Assembly: GCA_013626165.1 (NCBI GenBank)
Contig: NDHX01000001.1
Span: 100,817-164,816, forward strand
Source of the DNA: Candidatus Velesiimonas alkalicola
GTDB taxonomy: Bacteria > Omnitrophota > Gorgyraeia > Velesiimonadales > Velesiimonadaceae
Length of the DNA: 64,000 nt
Reading direction: 5' to 3'
Positions 29,001 to 39,760 of this stretch are shown here, piece by piece. Positions within the stretch are counted from its first letter, which is position 1. Every line of letters starts with the position of its first letter. Below the pieces are notes generated by a model, which was not told the DNA's origin, did not search any database, and worked only from the letters and a program-made list of their open reading frames with translations. The position numbers were made by a program, and so were the translations under genes.

Positions 29001-29712
29001 TGCGTCAAAAAAGAAAGTATCAGTTGGTGATAAATTAGCAGGTCGGCATGGAAACAAAGGTGTTATAGCAAAGATACTGCCTGAAGAAGATATGCCGTTT
29101 ACAGCAGATGGAACACCTATTGAGATGATACTTAATCCGTTGGGTGTGCCATCTCGTATGAATGTTGGCCAGATATTAGAAACCCAGCTTGGTTGGGCAG
29201 CAAAAGCGCTTGGCATTAGATTTATAAGTCCTATATTTGATGGGGCAAAAGAAGAAGAAATTCGTGGAGAACTTAAAAAAGCAGGACTTCCAGAAGATGG
29301 GGTGATTACATTATATGATGGAAAGACAGGACAGGCATTTGTACAAAAAATAAGTGTTGGCTACCTGTATATGATGAAACTTATACATCTTGTTGATGAT
29401 AAGATACACGCAAGAGCAATAGGTCCTTATTCTCTTATTACACAGCAGCCGTTGGGTGGGAAGGCACAGTTTGGTGGACAGAGATTAGGAGAAATGGAGG
29501 TATGGGCGCTTGAGGCATATGGTGCGGCACATACATTACAAGAATTTCTAACAATAAAGAGCGATGATATTCAGGGAAGGACAAAAGCTTACGAGGCAAT
29601 TGTAAAAGGTGAACAGGTATTACAGCCTACAACGCCGGAGTCATTTAATGTTCTTATAAAAGAACTCCAGAGCCTTGGATTAGATATAAAAATAGAAAAA
29701 AAGAAGAAATAA
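26011..29712 (+). CDS. rpoB: DNA-directed RNA polymerase subunit beta
   Basis: ATG at 26011; the TTG at 25996 sits too close to the rplL stop. Hallmark segments [33 protein letters not shown] and NMQRQAVPL. Confidence 0.95.
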   Translation: [1233 protein letters not shown]

Positions 29713-29751
29713 AGTAAGCGGCAACTGGTACTCTGGTGCACAAGGAATATT

Positions 29752-32700
29752 ATGGATACAGTAAATATTTTTGATAGTATTACTATAAAGATTGCATCCC
29801 CTGAAACTATAAGGGCATGGTCTTACGGACAGGTGAAGAAGCCCGAGACATTGAATTACAGAACATTAAGATCAGAAAAAGACGGACTTTTTTGTGAAAA
29901 GATATTCGGTCCTACAAAAGACTGGGAATGTTATTGCGGAAAATATAAAAGAATAAAAAATAAAGGGATAGTATGCGACAGGTGTGGTGTGGAGATTACA
30001 CTTTCAAGAGTCCGAAGAGAGCGGATGGGACATATAGAACTTGCAGCTCCTGTTTCACATATCTGGTTTTTTAAGTCTCTTCCGTCAAGGATAGGGATAC
30101 TTCTTGATTTAACACTAAAAGAACTTGAGAAGGTTCTTTATTATGAAGAATACATTGTTATAGACCCTAAAAGCACCCCGTTAAAGGAAAAACAGCTTCT
30201 TAATGATGAGCAATATCAGGAAGCCATTATAAGGTATGGTGCAGAAAACTTTGATGCAGGGATTGGTGCAGAGGCTGTACAACATTTTTTAAGAAGGGTT
30301 AATTTTGATAAGATTTCATTAAAGTATAAAAAACAGATTAAGGGGTCAAAATCTGATATTACAAAACAAAAAATTGCAAAAGTATTAAATATTTTAGATA
30401 CCCTTAAAAATTCCGGAAATAAGCCTGAATGGATGATATTAACTGTTTTACCGGTAATTCCCCCGGACCTAAGGCCGCTTGTTCCTTTAGACGGTGGAAG
30501 GTTTGCAACAAGTGACCTAAATGACCTGTATAGAAGGGTTATAAACAGAAACAACAGGTTGAAAAAGCTTATAGAACTTTCTGCGCCAGATATTATTATA
30601 AGAAATGAGAAGAGGATGCTTCAGGAGGCAGTTGATGCATTATTTGAAAATGGCAAGCATGGTAAGCCGGTTCTTACCGCCGGGAATAGACCCCTGAAAT
30701 CCCTTTCAGATATGTTAAAGGGAAAACAGGGAAGATTCAGACAGAATCTTCTGGGAAAAAGGACCGATTATTCCGGACGATCTGTTATTATCATAGGTCC
30801 TGAACTTAAACTGCACCAGTGTGGTCTGCCCAAAAAAATGGCGCTTGAACTTTTTGAACCATTTATTATACAGAAGTTAAGAGAAAAGGGATATGTTCAT
30901 ACAATAAGAAGTGCAAGAAAACTGGTGGATAAAAAAAAGACAGAGGTTTGGGATATACTTGATGAAGTAATCAAGGACCACCCTGTTATACTGAACAGGG
31001 CACCCACACTGCACAGACTTGGAATACAGGCTTTTGAGCCTGTTCTCATAGAAGGCAATGCAATAAAAGTTCATCCATTTGTGTGTGCGGCATTTAACGC
31101 TGACTTTGACGGTGACCAGATGGCGGTTCATGTCCCTCTTTCGATAGAGGCTCAGGTTGAGACAAGACTTCTTATGCTTGCTCCAAATAATTTATTTGCA
31201 CCGTCCAGTGGCCGCCCCATAGTTGCGCCCACACAAGATACAGTTATCGGGTGTTATTTTTTAACAATACCAAAATTGGGCTGTCGAGGAGAAGGAAAAA
31301 TATTTGCAAGTACAGACGAAGCAATGATAGCGTATTATGATGAAGAAGTAGAACTTCATGCAGTTTGTAAGGTAATGTTAAACGGCAATTTGATAGATAC
31401 AACAGTCGGAAGAATCTTATTCAATGATATACTGCCCAAAGGTATGCCCTTTGTCAATGAACCAATGGATAGAAAGGTTCTTGGTTCTCTTATAATTAAA
31501 TCTTATAAACTTTTTGGGGCTGAAAAAACAGTTCAGATGCTTGATGAATTAAAAAAAATAGGATTTGAAATGTCAACACACGCAGGGATCTCTATTTCTA
31601 CATCCAGCCTCTCTATTCCTTCCAAGAAAGAAGAGGTAGTGAAGAAAGCACAAAAAGAAGTAAAAGAAGCAGAAAGCAAATACAAGGCAGGTATCATTAC
31701 AGAAGGCGAAAGAAACAATAAGGTTATTGATATATGGACAAGGGTAACACAGGAAATCCAGGACCTTATATTTGAATCCTGGGATCTGTTTAACCCGGTT
31801 CGCATGATGGCTGATTCAGGAGCAAGAGGAAACCGTCAGCAGATAAGGCAGCTTGCAGGTATGAGGGGGTTGATGGCAAAGCCCTCGGGTGAAATTATAG
31901 AAATACCCATTATTGCAAATTTCAGAGAAGGACTTACAGTTCTTGAATATTTTATCTCTACACACGGGGCAAGAAAAGGGCTTGCAGACACTGCGCTTAA
32001 AACATCGGACGCCGGTTATCTTACCCGTAGGCTTGTTGATGTTGCGCAGGATGTAATTATAACAGAAGAAGATTGTGGTACCTTAAGCGGAATACTTATA
32101 AGTGCCATAACAGAGGGTGAAGATGTAGTTGTAAGTTTGAAGGAAAGAATTGTCGGAAGGATTGCACTTGATAATATTGTAGATGTTATAACGGACCAGA
32201 TTATTGTATCCGCAGGTGAAGAGATAACAGATGAAAAGACTGATAAAATTGAAGAGGTTGGGATTGAAAAGATTCGTATAAGAAGTGTTCTAACCTGTCA
32301 GACAAGATTGGGTGTATGCCAAAAATGTTATGGTAGAAACCTTGCTACGCAGAGGATATCTGAACTTGGGGATGCAGTGGGCATCATTGCTGCTCAATCA
32401 ATTGGAGAACCCGGCACACAGCTTACGATGCGTACCTTCCATATCGGTGGAACAGCATTCGGTATAGCAAAACAAAGTGGTATAAAGGTGAGAAATTCAG
32501 GAACTGTTAGATATCATAACCTTAAAACAGTTTCTATAAAAGGTGGCCTTTTTCGTGTAATAAACAGGATTGGTGAGATATCTATAAATGATGAAGTGGG
32601 CAGGGAATTTGTCCGATACCGTATACCGTTTGGCGCAACTGTATTTGTTCAGGACGAGGGTAAAATAGAAAAAGCAGAGGAACTTACCCAGTGGGATCCG

Positions 32701-33720
32701 TACACAATCTCAATAGTTTCAGAAGTATCAGGGCGTGTCCAGTATATGGATATAAGATCCGGTGTTACAATGCGTGAAGAATTAGACCCTGCCACAGGTA
32801 TCACAGGCCGTATTATTACAGAACACAAGGGAGATTATTATCCACAGATATTGATAAAAGATGAAAAAAATGAGATTCTTGCAACATATCCTGTCCCAAC
32901 AGGTGCTCATATAATGGTAGATGAAAAACAGGAAGTTGAAAGTGGCGATGTGATAGCAAAGACACCAAGAAAGATAACAAAGACAAAAGATATTACAGGT
33001 GGGCTTCCGAGGGTTGCAGAACTTTTTGAAGCAAGAAAGCCCAAGAACCCTGCGATAATAAGTGACATCTCAGGTGTTGTTGATTTTGGTCCTGCAAAAA
33101 GAGGACACAGAAGAATCATTGTAAAGAATCCTCAAACACAGGATGAAAGAGAATACCTTGTCCCGTCAGGGAAGCATATCCTTGTGTATAAAGGTGACAA
33201 TATAACAGCGGGACAGCAATTAACAGATGGCCCTGTTGTTTTACAGGATATATTAAAAACACTTGGAGATAAGGCGTTGCAAGAATATCTTGTTAATGAA
33301 ATACAGGAAGTATACCGTCTTCAGGGTGTTCGTATAAATGATAAACATATAGAAGTTATTGTTCGTCAGATGATGAGAAGAGTAAGCATTACAGACCCCG
33401 GTAATTCGGATTTTCAGGAAGGAATGCATGTTGATAAATTTAAGTTTAATGATGTGGTTACTGCATTAAAAAAGAAGAATAAAAATTTGCCTAAGGCCAT
33501 GCCAACACTTCTCGGTGTAACAAAAGCATCTTTAAGCACGGAAAGCTTTATCTCTGCTGCAAGTTTTCAAGAAACGACGCGTGTTCTTACAGAGGCGGCC
33601 TTAGCCGGTAAAAAAGATTTTCTCCTTGGATTAAAAGAAAATGTTATTATGGGGCATCTAATCCCAGCAGGGACAGGGTATCACTCACATCATGAATTTG
33701 AGATAGAAAGGGAAAAATAG
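29752..33720 (+). CDS. rpoC: DNA-directed RNA polymerase subunit beta'
   Basis: Zn finger CYCGKY...[25 protein letters not shown], and so on. The TAG stop is the first unit of the heptamer array. Confidence 0.95.
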   Translation: MDTVNIFDSITIKIASPETIRAWSYGQVKKPETLNYRTLRSEKDGLFCEKIFGPTKDWECYCGKYKRIKNKGIVCDRCGVEITLSRVRRERMGHIELAAPVSHIWFFKSLPSRIGILLDLTLKELEKVLYYEEYIVIDPKSTPLKEKQLLNDEQYQEAIIRYGAENFDAGIGAEAVQHFLRRVNFDKISLKYKKQIKGSKSDITKQKIAKVLNILDTLKNSGNKPEWMILTVLPVIPPDLRPLVPLDGGRFATSDLNDLYRRVINRNNRLKKLIELSAPDIIIRNEKRMLQEAVDALFENGKHGKPVLTAGNRPLKSLSDMLKGKQGRFRQNLLGKRTDYSGRSVIIIGPELKLHQCGLPKKMALELFEPFIIQKLREKGYVHTIRSARKLVDKKKTEVWDILDEVIKDHPVILNRAPTLHRLGIQAFEPVLIEGNAIKVHPFVCAAFNADFDGDQMAVHVPLSIEAQVETRLLMLAPNNLFAPSSGRPIVAPTQDTVIGCYFLTIPKLGCRGEGKIFASTDEAMIAYYDEEVELHAVCKVMLNGNLIDTTVGRILFNDILPKGMPFVNEPMDRKVLGSLIIKSYKLFGAEKTVQMLDELKKIGFEMSTHAGISISTSSLSIPSKKEEVVKKAQKEVKEAESKYKAGIITEGERNNKVIDIWTRVTQEIQDLIFESWDLFNPVRMMADSGARGNRQQIRQLAGMRGLMAKPSGEIIEIPIIANFREGLTVLEYFISTHGARKGLADTALKTSDAGYLTRRLVDVAQDVIITEEDCGTLSGILISAITEGEDVVVSLKERIVGRIALDNIVDVITDQIIVSAGEEITDEKTDKIEEVGIEKIRIRSVLTCQTRLGVCQKCYGRNLATQRISELGDAVGIIAAQSIGEPGTQLTMRTFHIGGTAFGIAKQSGIKVRNSGTVRYHNLKTVSIKGGLFRVINRIGEISINDEVGREFVRYRIPFGATVFVQDEGKIEKAEELTQWDPYTISIVSEVSGRVQYMDIRSGVTMREELDPATGITGRIITEHKGDYYPQILIKDEKNEILATYPVPTGAHIMVDEKQEVESGDVIAKTPRKITKTKDITGGLPRVAELFEARKPKNPAIISDISGVVDFGPAKRGHRRIIVKNPQTQDEREYLVPSGKHILVYKGDNITAGQQLTDGPVVLQDILKTLGDKALQEYLVNEIQEVYRLQGVRINDKHIEVIVRQMMRRVSITDPGNSDFQEGMHVDKFKFNDVVTALKKKNKNLPKAMPTLLGVTKASLSTESFISAASFQETTRVLTEAALAGKKDFLLGLKENVIMGHLIPAGTGYHSHHEFEIEREK

Positions 33721-33985
33721 TAGGTAGGAGGTAGTAGGTAGGAGGTAGGAGGTAGGAGGTAGGAGGTAGGAGGTAGGAGGTAGTAGGTAGTAGGTAGGAG
33801 GTAGGAGGTAGTAGGTAGGAGGTAGGGAAAAAAATGGTGACGGATGACTGGTGACAAGCGACTGGAACCCGGGCACCAGTGCACCAGAGCACCCTCTGGG
33901 TGGGGGTAAAACATAATCCCCCGACCCATCCTTTGGATGGGTGCCCCGCCCCTCCTTTTGTAAAGGAGGAGGGGTGGATTATGGT
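33718..33985 (+). repeat. composite mosaic repeat: heptamer array (33718-33826) + GGTGAC../GGCACCAG connector + module B (~70-nt three-hairpin element, 33912-33983)
   Basis: Module B core cataatcccccgacccatcctttggatgggtgccccgccc.tccttttgtaaag...ggggtggattat is shared with 41711-41783. Confidence 0.75.
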
Positions 33986-34023
33986 TTGAAAAAATTTGTG
34001 TCTAATAAAAAAGAAAGAATAAT

Positions 34024-34407
34024 ATGCCAACTATAAGTCAATTGATAAGATTTGGAAGAGCAAGAATTAAAAAGAAGACAAAATCACCTGCATTAAATAA
34101 ATGCCCACAGAGAAGAGGGGTTTGTCTGCAGGTAAGAACTATGACACCCAAGAAGCCAAACTCTGCTTTGCGCAAGATTACCAGAGTCAGGCTTACCAAT
34201 GGTATAGAGGTTACTGCATATATACCCGGTGAAGGACACAACCTTCAAGAACACTCTATTGTATTGGTTCGTGGAGGCAGAGTAAAGGATCTTCCGGGCG
34301 TCCGATATCATACTGTAAGGGGAACACTTGACACAGCGGGTGTTGAAAACAGAAAAAAGAGCCGTTCTAAATATGGGACAAAAAGACCGAAGGAACAGGC
34401 TAAATAA
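34024..34407 (+). CDS. rpsL: 30S ribosomal protein S12
   Basis: [10 protein letters not shown]....[25 protein letters not shown]. Confidence 0.95.
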   Translation: MPTISQLIRFGRARIKKKTKSPALNKCPQRRGVCLQVRTMTPKKPNSALRKITRVRLTNGIEVTAYIPGEGHNLQEHSIVLVRGGRVKDLPGVRYHTVRGTLDTAGVENRKKSRSKYGTKRPKEQAK

Positions 34408-34418
34408 CGGAGCAGGGA

Positions 34419-34886
34419 ATGAGAAGAGGTAAAATACAAAAAAGGAAGTTATTACCGGATCCTAAATATAACGATTTACTGGTAAGCAAGTTTATAAATA
34501 TACTTATCTTAAAAGGTAAAAAATCAAAAGCTGAAAAAATAGTTTATAATGCGATGGAAGAGGTTTCAAAAAAGATTAATAAAGAGCCATTAGAAATTTT
34601 AAGTAAGGCGGTTAACAATGTCCGACCTCTTTTGGAGGTAAAAGCCCGACGGATAGGCGGTGCCACCTATCAGGTTCCTATTGAGGTTAACGAAGAAAGA
34701 GGAAGGGCTATTGCACTTCGTTGGATAAGAGATTTTGCCAGAGTTAAAAAAGGGATGCCAATGGAAAAAAAACTTGGGGGCGAAATTTTAGATGCATATA
34801 AAGGCGAAGGTGCTTCTATGAAAAAAAGGGCAGATACACATAAGATGGCAGAATCAAACAAGGCATTTGCACATTTTAGATTTTGA
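34419..34886 (+). CDS. rpsG: 30S ribosomal protein S7
   Basis: LPDPKYNDLLVSKFIN.L...GKKS.AEKIVY... Confidence 0.93.
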   Translation: MRRGKIQKRKLLPDPKYNDLLVSKFINILILKGKKSKAEKIVYNAMEEVSKKINKEPLEILSKAVNNVRPLLEVKARRIGGATYQVPIEVNEERGRAIALRWIRDFARVKKGMPMEKKLGGEILDAYKGEGASMKKRADTHKMAESNKAFAHFRF

Positions 34887-34891
34887 AATTG

Positions 34892-35017
34892 TAAATACTC
34901 AGTCAACTGTGTTACCTGAAGGCACAAAGGCGCAAGGTGACAAAGGTACAAAGCATAAGAAAAGAATCTAAAAGGACAGTCCACTTTGTGCCTGTGTGCC
35001 TTAAGTGCCTCTGTGCC
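34892..35017 (+). repeat. 'AATACTCAGTCAACTGTGTTACCTGAAGGCACA' repeat plus GGCACA / TGTGCC inverted iterations
   Basis: The first 43 nt are near-identical to 18332-18375. This is followed by ggcacaaaggcgcaaggtgacaaaggtacaaagc ... ctttgtgcctgtgtgccttaagtgcctctgtgcc. Confidence 0.55.
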
Positions 35018-35142
35018 TAAAATATGAACTGAATTTAGTGAATATTTACGGTTTTCCTTTATTTTAAGATTCTAAACTTGCTGAACTAATGATGGAACAA
35101 AATATCTTATTAGAATTTAACAAAAAGGAATATAAAAATATT

Positions 35143-37218
35143 ATGGAAGTAAAATATACTTTACAAAAATTACGCAATGTAGGTATTATTGCACATATTG
35201 ATGCAGGGAAAACAACTACCACAGAGAGAATTCTCTATCATGCTGGAACCATTGATAGAATGGGAAATGTTGATGATGGAACAACACAGACAGACTGGAT
35301 GGTTCAGGAAAGGGAAAGAGGTATAACTATTACAAGTGCCTGTACCACCAGTTTTTGGAAAGACTGCAGAATAAACATCATAGATACACCGGGGCATATT
35401 GATTTTACCGTAGAGGTAGAAAGAAGTTTAAGGGTTCTTGACGGTGCGGTTGTGATATTCTGTGCTGTAGGAGGAGTTGAGTCTCAATCTGAAACAGTAT
35501 GGAGACAGGCAGATAGGTATCATGTTCCAAGGATTGCTTTTATTAATAAAATGGACAGGATAGAAGCAGATTTTTTTGGAACCCTGAAACAGATACAACA
35601 AAGACTTGGCGCAAATGCAGCAGCGGTTGAGATACCCATAGGGGTTGGACAAAATTTAGAAGGTGTTATAGACCTTATTAAAATGAAATCTCTTATCTAT
35701 GATATTAAAGACATTACAGGTAGATTTAAGGTTGGTTCAGTTTCACCTGACCTTTTAGAAATGGCAAAACTGTATCGCGCAAAACTTATTGAGTCTGTCG
35801 CAGAGACCGATAAAAATATTATGGAAAAGTTTTCGCACGATCAGGAAATAAAAGAAGGAGAACTATCATCTGCCATAAGAAGACAGACGATAGCAGGAAA
35901 GTTTGTTCCGGTTCTTTGCGGTTCATCACTTAAAAATATAGGTGTTCAACCTATTTTAGATGCAGTTGTAGACTGGTTGCCAAGCCCGGTTGATGTCCCC
36001 CCTGTTCAGGGGATTGTTCAGGGTAAAGATGTAATAGAACAAAGGAAAGCATCGGATGATGAGTATTTTTCTGCACTTGCATTTAAGATAATGATAGATC
36101 CATATGTTGGAAAACTCACATTTTTAAGGGTCTATTCAGGCATACTAAAATCAGGTTCCTACATATATAACGTAAGCAGGGACAAAAAAGAAAGAATTGG
36201 AAAACTTCTTAAAATGCATGCAAACAGGCAGGAAATAATTGAAGTGGTAAAAACTGGAGATATTGCTGCTGCTGTAGGACTAAGAGAAACAAAAACGGGT
36301 GATACCATATGTGATGAACAACATCCTGTAATCCTTGAGTCCATGCATTTGCCACAGCCTGTTATATCCCTTGCAATTGAACCTTTGACAAGACAGGATC
36401 AGGATAAACTTTCTCTTGCACTTTCAAGATTGCAGGACGAAGACCCTTCGTTTTGTGTTTCTTATAATGAAGAGACGGCACAGACGCTTATTTTGGGTTT
36501 TGGAGAATTGCATCTTGAAATAATTGTTGACAGATTGAAAAGAGAATTCAATGTTCAGACACAGGTTGGAAAACCGCATGTTGCATATAAAGAAACATTG
36601 ATTAAACCTGTAAGACAGGAAGGAAAGTTTGTGCAGCAGAGCGGCGGGCGTGGACAGTATGGGCATGTCGTATTTGAGATAGAGCCCATAGAAAGAGGTT
36701 CAGGAATAGTGTTTGAAAGTGCGCTACGCGGAACAAGTATACCCAGAGAATATGTTCCCTCTATAGAACAGGGAGTAATAGAATCCGCACAGACAGGACC
36801 TTTGGGAGGATTTCCTGTTGTAGATGTAAAGGTAGTGCTTATAGATGGCTCATACCATGAAGTAGATTCTTCAACATTCGCATTCAAGATGGCAGGCTCT
36901 ATCGGATTTAGCGCAGCACTTAGATCGGGGGGTTCAATGCTCCTTGAGCCTATTATGGATGTGGAGGTTGTGGTTCCTGAGGAATATTTAGGCGATGTAA
37001 TTGCTGATATGGGAGCTCGCAGGGCAAAGATAGAACAACTTTCACAGAGAGGCAATGTCCGTGTTATAAGAGGATTTATTCCTCTTTCAGAGCTTTTTGG
37101 ATATGCAACTGCTGTTCGTTCTGTAAGTCAGGGAAGGGCATCATATGTAATGCAGCCAGCATATTATGCAGAGGTTCCAAAAAATATAAAAGAAAAAATA
37201 CTTAAAGGCAAAAAGTAA
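35143..37218 (+). CDS. fusA: elongation factor G
   Basis: Start at MEVKYTLQKLRNVGIIAHIDAGKTTTTERILY, aligned to the EF-G N-terminus. The listed ORF starts 18 codons earlier. Confidence 0.93.
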   Translation: MEVKYTLQKLRNVGIIAHIDAGKTTTTERILYHAGTIDRMGNVDDGTTQTDWMVQERERGITITSACTTSFWKDCRINIIDTPGHIDFTVEVERSLRVLDGAVVIFCAVGGVESQSETVWRQADRYHVPRIAFINKMDRIEADFFGTLKQIQQRLGANAAAVEIPIGVGQNLEGVIDLIKMKSLIYDIKDITGRFKVGSVSPDLLEMAKLYRAKLIESVAETDKNIMEKFSHDQEIKEGELSSAIRRQTIAGKFVPVLCGSSLKNIGVQPILDAVVDWLPSPVDVPPVQGIVQGKDVIEQRKASDDEYFSALAFKIMIDPYVGKLTFLRVYSGILKSGSYIYNVSRDKKERIGKLLKMHANRQEIIEVVKTGDIAAAVGLRETKTGDTICDEQHPVILESMHLPQPVISLAIEPLTRQDQDKLSLALSRLQDEDPSFCVSYNEETAQTLILGFGELHLEIIVDRLKREFNVQTQVGKPHVAYKETLIKPVRQEGKFVQQSGGRGQYGHVVFEIEPIERGSGIVFESALRGTSIPREYVPSIEQGVIESAQTGPLGGFPVVDVKVVLIDGSYHEVDSSTFAFKMAGSIGFSAALRSGGSMLLEPIMDVEVVVPEEYLGDVIADMGARRAKIEQLSQRGNVRVIRGFIPLSELFGYATAVRSVSQGRASYVMQPAYYAEVPKNIKEKILKGKK

Positions 37219-37259
37219 AGTGACTGGTGCCTGATGCACTGGCAAACAGGAGGTAAAAA

Positions 37260-38462
37260 ATGGCAAAAGAAAAATTTCTCAGGACAAAACCGCATGTAAA
37301 TGTAGGGACCATAGGACATGTTGACCATGGAAAAACAACACTGACAAGTGCAATAACAAAAGTATTATCTAGCAAGGGATTGGCTCAGGCAAAGACATTT
37401 GAAGAAATAGATAATGCGCCTGAGGAAAGAGAAAGAGGAGTAACAATAAATGTACACCATGCGGAATATCAAACACAGAACAGGCACTATGCACATGTGG
37501 ACTGTCCAGGTCACGCAGACTATATAAAGAATATGGTTACAGGAGCGGCACAGATGGACGGAGCAGTATTAGTGGTAAGTGCAGTAGATGGTCCTATGCC
37601 GCAGACAAGAGAACACATACTTTTGGCAAGACAGGTGGGAGTTCCTGCAATGGTGGTGTTCTTAAACAAAACAGATGCAGTAGAAGATAAAGAATTAGTA
37701 GATTTAGTTGAAATGGAAGTGCGAGATTTATTAAGCAAATATGAGTTTCCTGGGGATAAGATACCGGTGGTAAGAGGAAGTGCATTAAATGCAATGAACT
37801 GTGGATGTAGCAAAGATGATTGTCCAAACTGCAAGTCCATACTGGAATTGATGTCAGCAGTAGATAGCCATATACCTGAGCCTGTAAGAATAACGGACAG
37901 GGCATTTTTAATGTCCGTAGAAGATGTATTTAGCATAAGCGGCAGAGGAACAGTAGGAACAGGAAGAGTAGAAAGAGGAATAGTCAAAGTAGGAGAAGAA
38001 GTAGAAATAGTAGGGATACAGACAGAGAGCAGAAGGACAGTAGTAACAGGGGTAGAGATGTTCAGGAAGTTGTTAGACGAAGGAAGAGCAGGAGACAACA
38101 TAGGGGTATTGTTAAGAGGGATAGAAAAAAAAGACTTAGAAAAAGGGATGGTCATATCGGCACCAAATACAATAACGCCACACACACAATTCAAGGCACA
38201 GGTATATGTATTAACAAAAGAAGAAGGTGGAAGACACACACAATTTTTCAGCGGCTACAGGCCTCAGTTTTTCTTCAGGACAACAGATGTAACAGGAGTA
38301 ATAACATTACCGCAAGGAACAGAAATGATAATGCCTGGCGACAATGTATCTGTAACAGTAGATCTGATAGTACCTGTGGCAATGGAAAAAGAGCAAAGAT
38401 TTGCAATCCGCGAAGGAGGAAAGACAATAGGAGCAGGCGTGGTAACAGAGATAATAAAATAA
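37260..38462 (+). CDS. tuf: elongation factor Tu (copy 2, str-operon position)
   Basis: Identical to copy 1 except A vs V at one position (gca vs gta). Confidence 0.95.
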   Translation: MAKEKFLRTKPHVNVGTIGHVDHGKTTLTSAITKVLSSKGLAQAKTFEEIDNAPEERERGVTINVHHAEYQTQNRHYAHVDCPGHADYIKNMVTGAAQMDGAVLVVSAVDGPMPQTREHILLARQVGVPAMVVFLNKTDAVEDKELVDLVEMEVRDLLSKYEFPGDKIPVVRGSALNAMNCGCSKDDCPNCKSILELMSAVDSHIPEPVRITDRAFLMSVEDVFSISGRGTVGTGRVERGIVKVGEEVEIVGIQTESRRTVVTGVEMFRKLLDEGRAGDNIGVLLRGIEKKDLEKGMVISAPNTITPHTQFKAQVYVLTKEEGGRHTQFFSGYRPQFFFRTTDVTGVITLPQGTEMIMPGDNVSVTVDLIVPVAMEKEQRFAIREGGKTIGAGVVTEIIK

Positions 38463-38467
38463 CAGGA

Positions 38468-38549
38468 GATAGTAGGTGGGAGGTAGTAGGTAGGAAAGAA
38501 ATATTTTTTCCTATCTACTACCTACTATATCCTACCTCCTATATTTTTT
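38468..38549 (+). terminator. intrinsic terminator built from a heptamer array and its inverted copy, followed by TTTTTT
   Basis: gatagtaggtgggaggtagtaggtagg ...loop... cctatctactacctactatatcctacctcctata then tttttt. This is the only place in the window where the heptamer occurs as its reverse complement. Confidence 0.6.
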
Positions 38550-38560
38550 GGGGGAAAGAG

Positions 38561-38863
38561 ATGGCTCAAAGGATAAGGATAAAACTAAAAGCATATGACT
38601 CAAGACTTTTAGACCAATCTACGCAGGAAATTGTAAATACTGTTAAAAGAACAGGTGCAAAGATTTCAGGACCTATTCCGTTACCTACTAAAAAAGAGGT
38701 AACAACTGTTCTGCGTTCTCCTCATGTAGATAAAAAATCAAGGGAACAGTTTATAATAAGAACACATAAAAGGATACTTGATATACTTGAGTCAACACCT
38801 AAAACAATAGATGCATTAAAAAAACTTGATCTGCCAGCTGGTGTAGATGTTGAGATAAAGTAG
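38561..38863 (+). CDS. rpsJ: 30S ribosomal protein S10
   Basis: [11 protein letters not shown]...LD.S...IV.T.KRTGA...GPIPLPT. Confidence 0.95.
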   Translation: MAQRIRIKLKAYDSRLLDQSTQEIVNTVKRTGAKISGPIPLPTKKEVTTVLRSPHVDKKSREQFIIRTHKRILDILESTPKTIDALKKLDLPAGVDVEIK

Positions 38864-38864
38864 G

Positions 38865-39012
38865 GTCTGCTGAAAAACTCATCAGACCTTAAAATCGGTG
38901 TAATCTTTCCAAAATCTGTGTAATCAGGGCTTACTGGATGTGTTAATATAACACAGTAAGCCCAGTCTTTAAGAGCACCAGAGCACCAGAGCACCAGTGC
39001 ACCAGTTATAGA
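38865..39012 (+). repeat. spacer with two hairpins (GGTCTG..CAGACC; GGGCTTACTG..CAGTAAGCCC) and a (GAGCACCA)x4 octamer array
   Basis: Read directly. The octamers are the reverse complement of the TGGTGCTC family. Confidence 0.6.
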
Positions 39013-39022
39013 GAGATTAATT

Positions 39023-39745
39023 ATGTCCATAGGATTACTTGGAAGAAAATTAGGAATGACACAAATTTTTGCCGAAGACGGCAGAAGGATTCCTGTTACA
39101 GTCATAGAAGCAGGCCCCTGTCCTGTCTTACAGATAAAGACAGCTCAGAAGAACGGTTATGATGCCATTCTTATCGGGTTTGGAGAAAAAAAAGAATCAA
39201 GGGTATCAAAACCGAATCTCGGTTTTTTTAAGAAGATAGGCAGGATTCCTGTTCAATTGATGAAAGAAATAAAAATACCTCAGGGCACCGAAAAACCACA
39301 GGAAGGCGTTGTATTAAGGGTTGACCAGTTTAAACCCGGTGATTTTGTAGATGTAACGGGAAAATCTATCGGCAAGGGTTTTCAGGGCGGTATGAAAAGG
39401 TGGGGATGGGCAGGAGGACCAAGTACACATGGTTCTACATCTCACAGAAGGGTAGGTTCTATAGGGTCCTCTACTACACCTGGAAGAGTTATAAGAGGGC
39501 ATCACATGCCGGGTCATATGGGCAATGATACTGTTACAACACAAAGTTTAGAAGTTATAAAAGTTGATGTTGAGAATAATCTTATTGCAATAAAAGGTTC
39601 TATTCCCGGGTCTAAATCCGGATATGTTACGCTCTGCAAGGCGTTAAAAAGACTTCCCATACTTAAGGTTGCCACAGTTGCTGAGAAGCATAAGAAGGCA
39701 GATACATTGAAGGCTTCTAAGCTTATGAAGAGGATAAAAAAATAA
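39023..39745 (+). CDS. rplC: 50S ribosomal protein L3
   Basis: MSIGLLGRKLGMTQIF. Confidence 0.95.
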   Translation: MSIGLLGRKLGMTQIFAEDGRRIPVTVIEAGPCPVLQIKTAQKNGYDAILIGFGEKKESRVSKPNLGFFKKIGRIPVQLMKEIKIPQGTEKPQEGVVLRVDQFKPGDFVDVTGKSIGKGFQGGMKRWGWAGGPSTHGSTSHRRVGSIGSSTTPGRVIRGHHMPGHMGNDTVTTQSLEVIKVDVENNLIAIKGSIPGSKSGYVTLCKALKRLPILKVATVAEKHKKADTLKASKLMKRIKK

Positions 39746-39760
39746 ATAAAATGGGTAAAA

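Noticed and set aside
36555-37055. 166-aa minus-strand ORF within fusA
   Set aside because: Antisense to fusA. Low-complexity.
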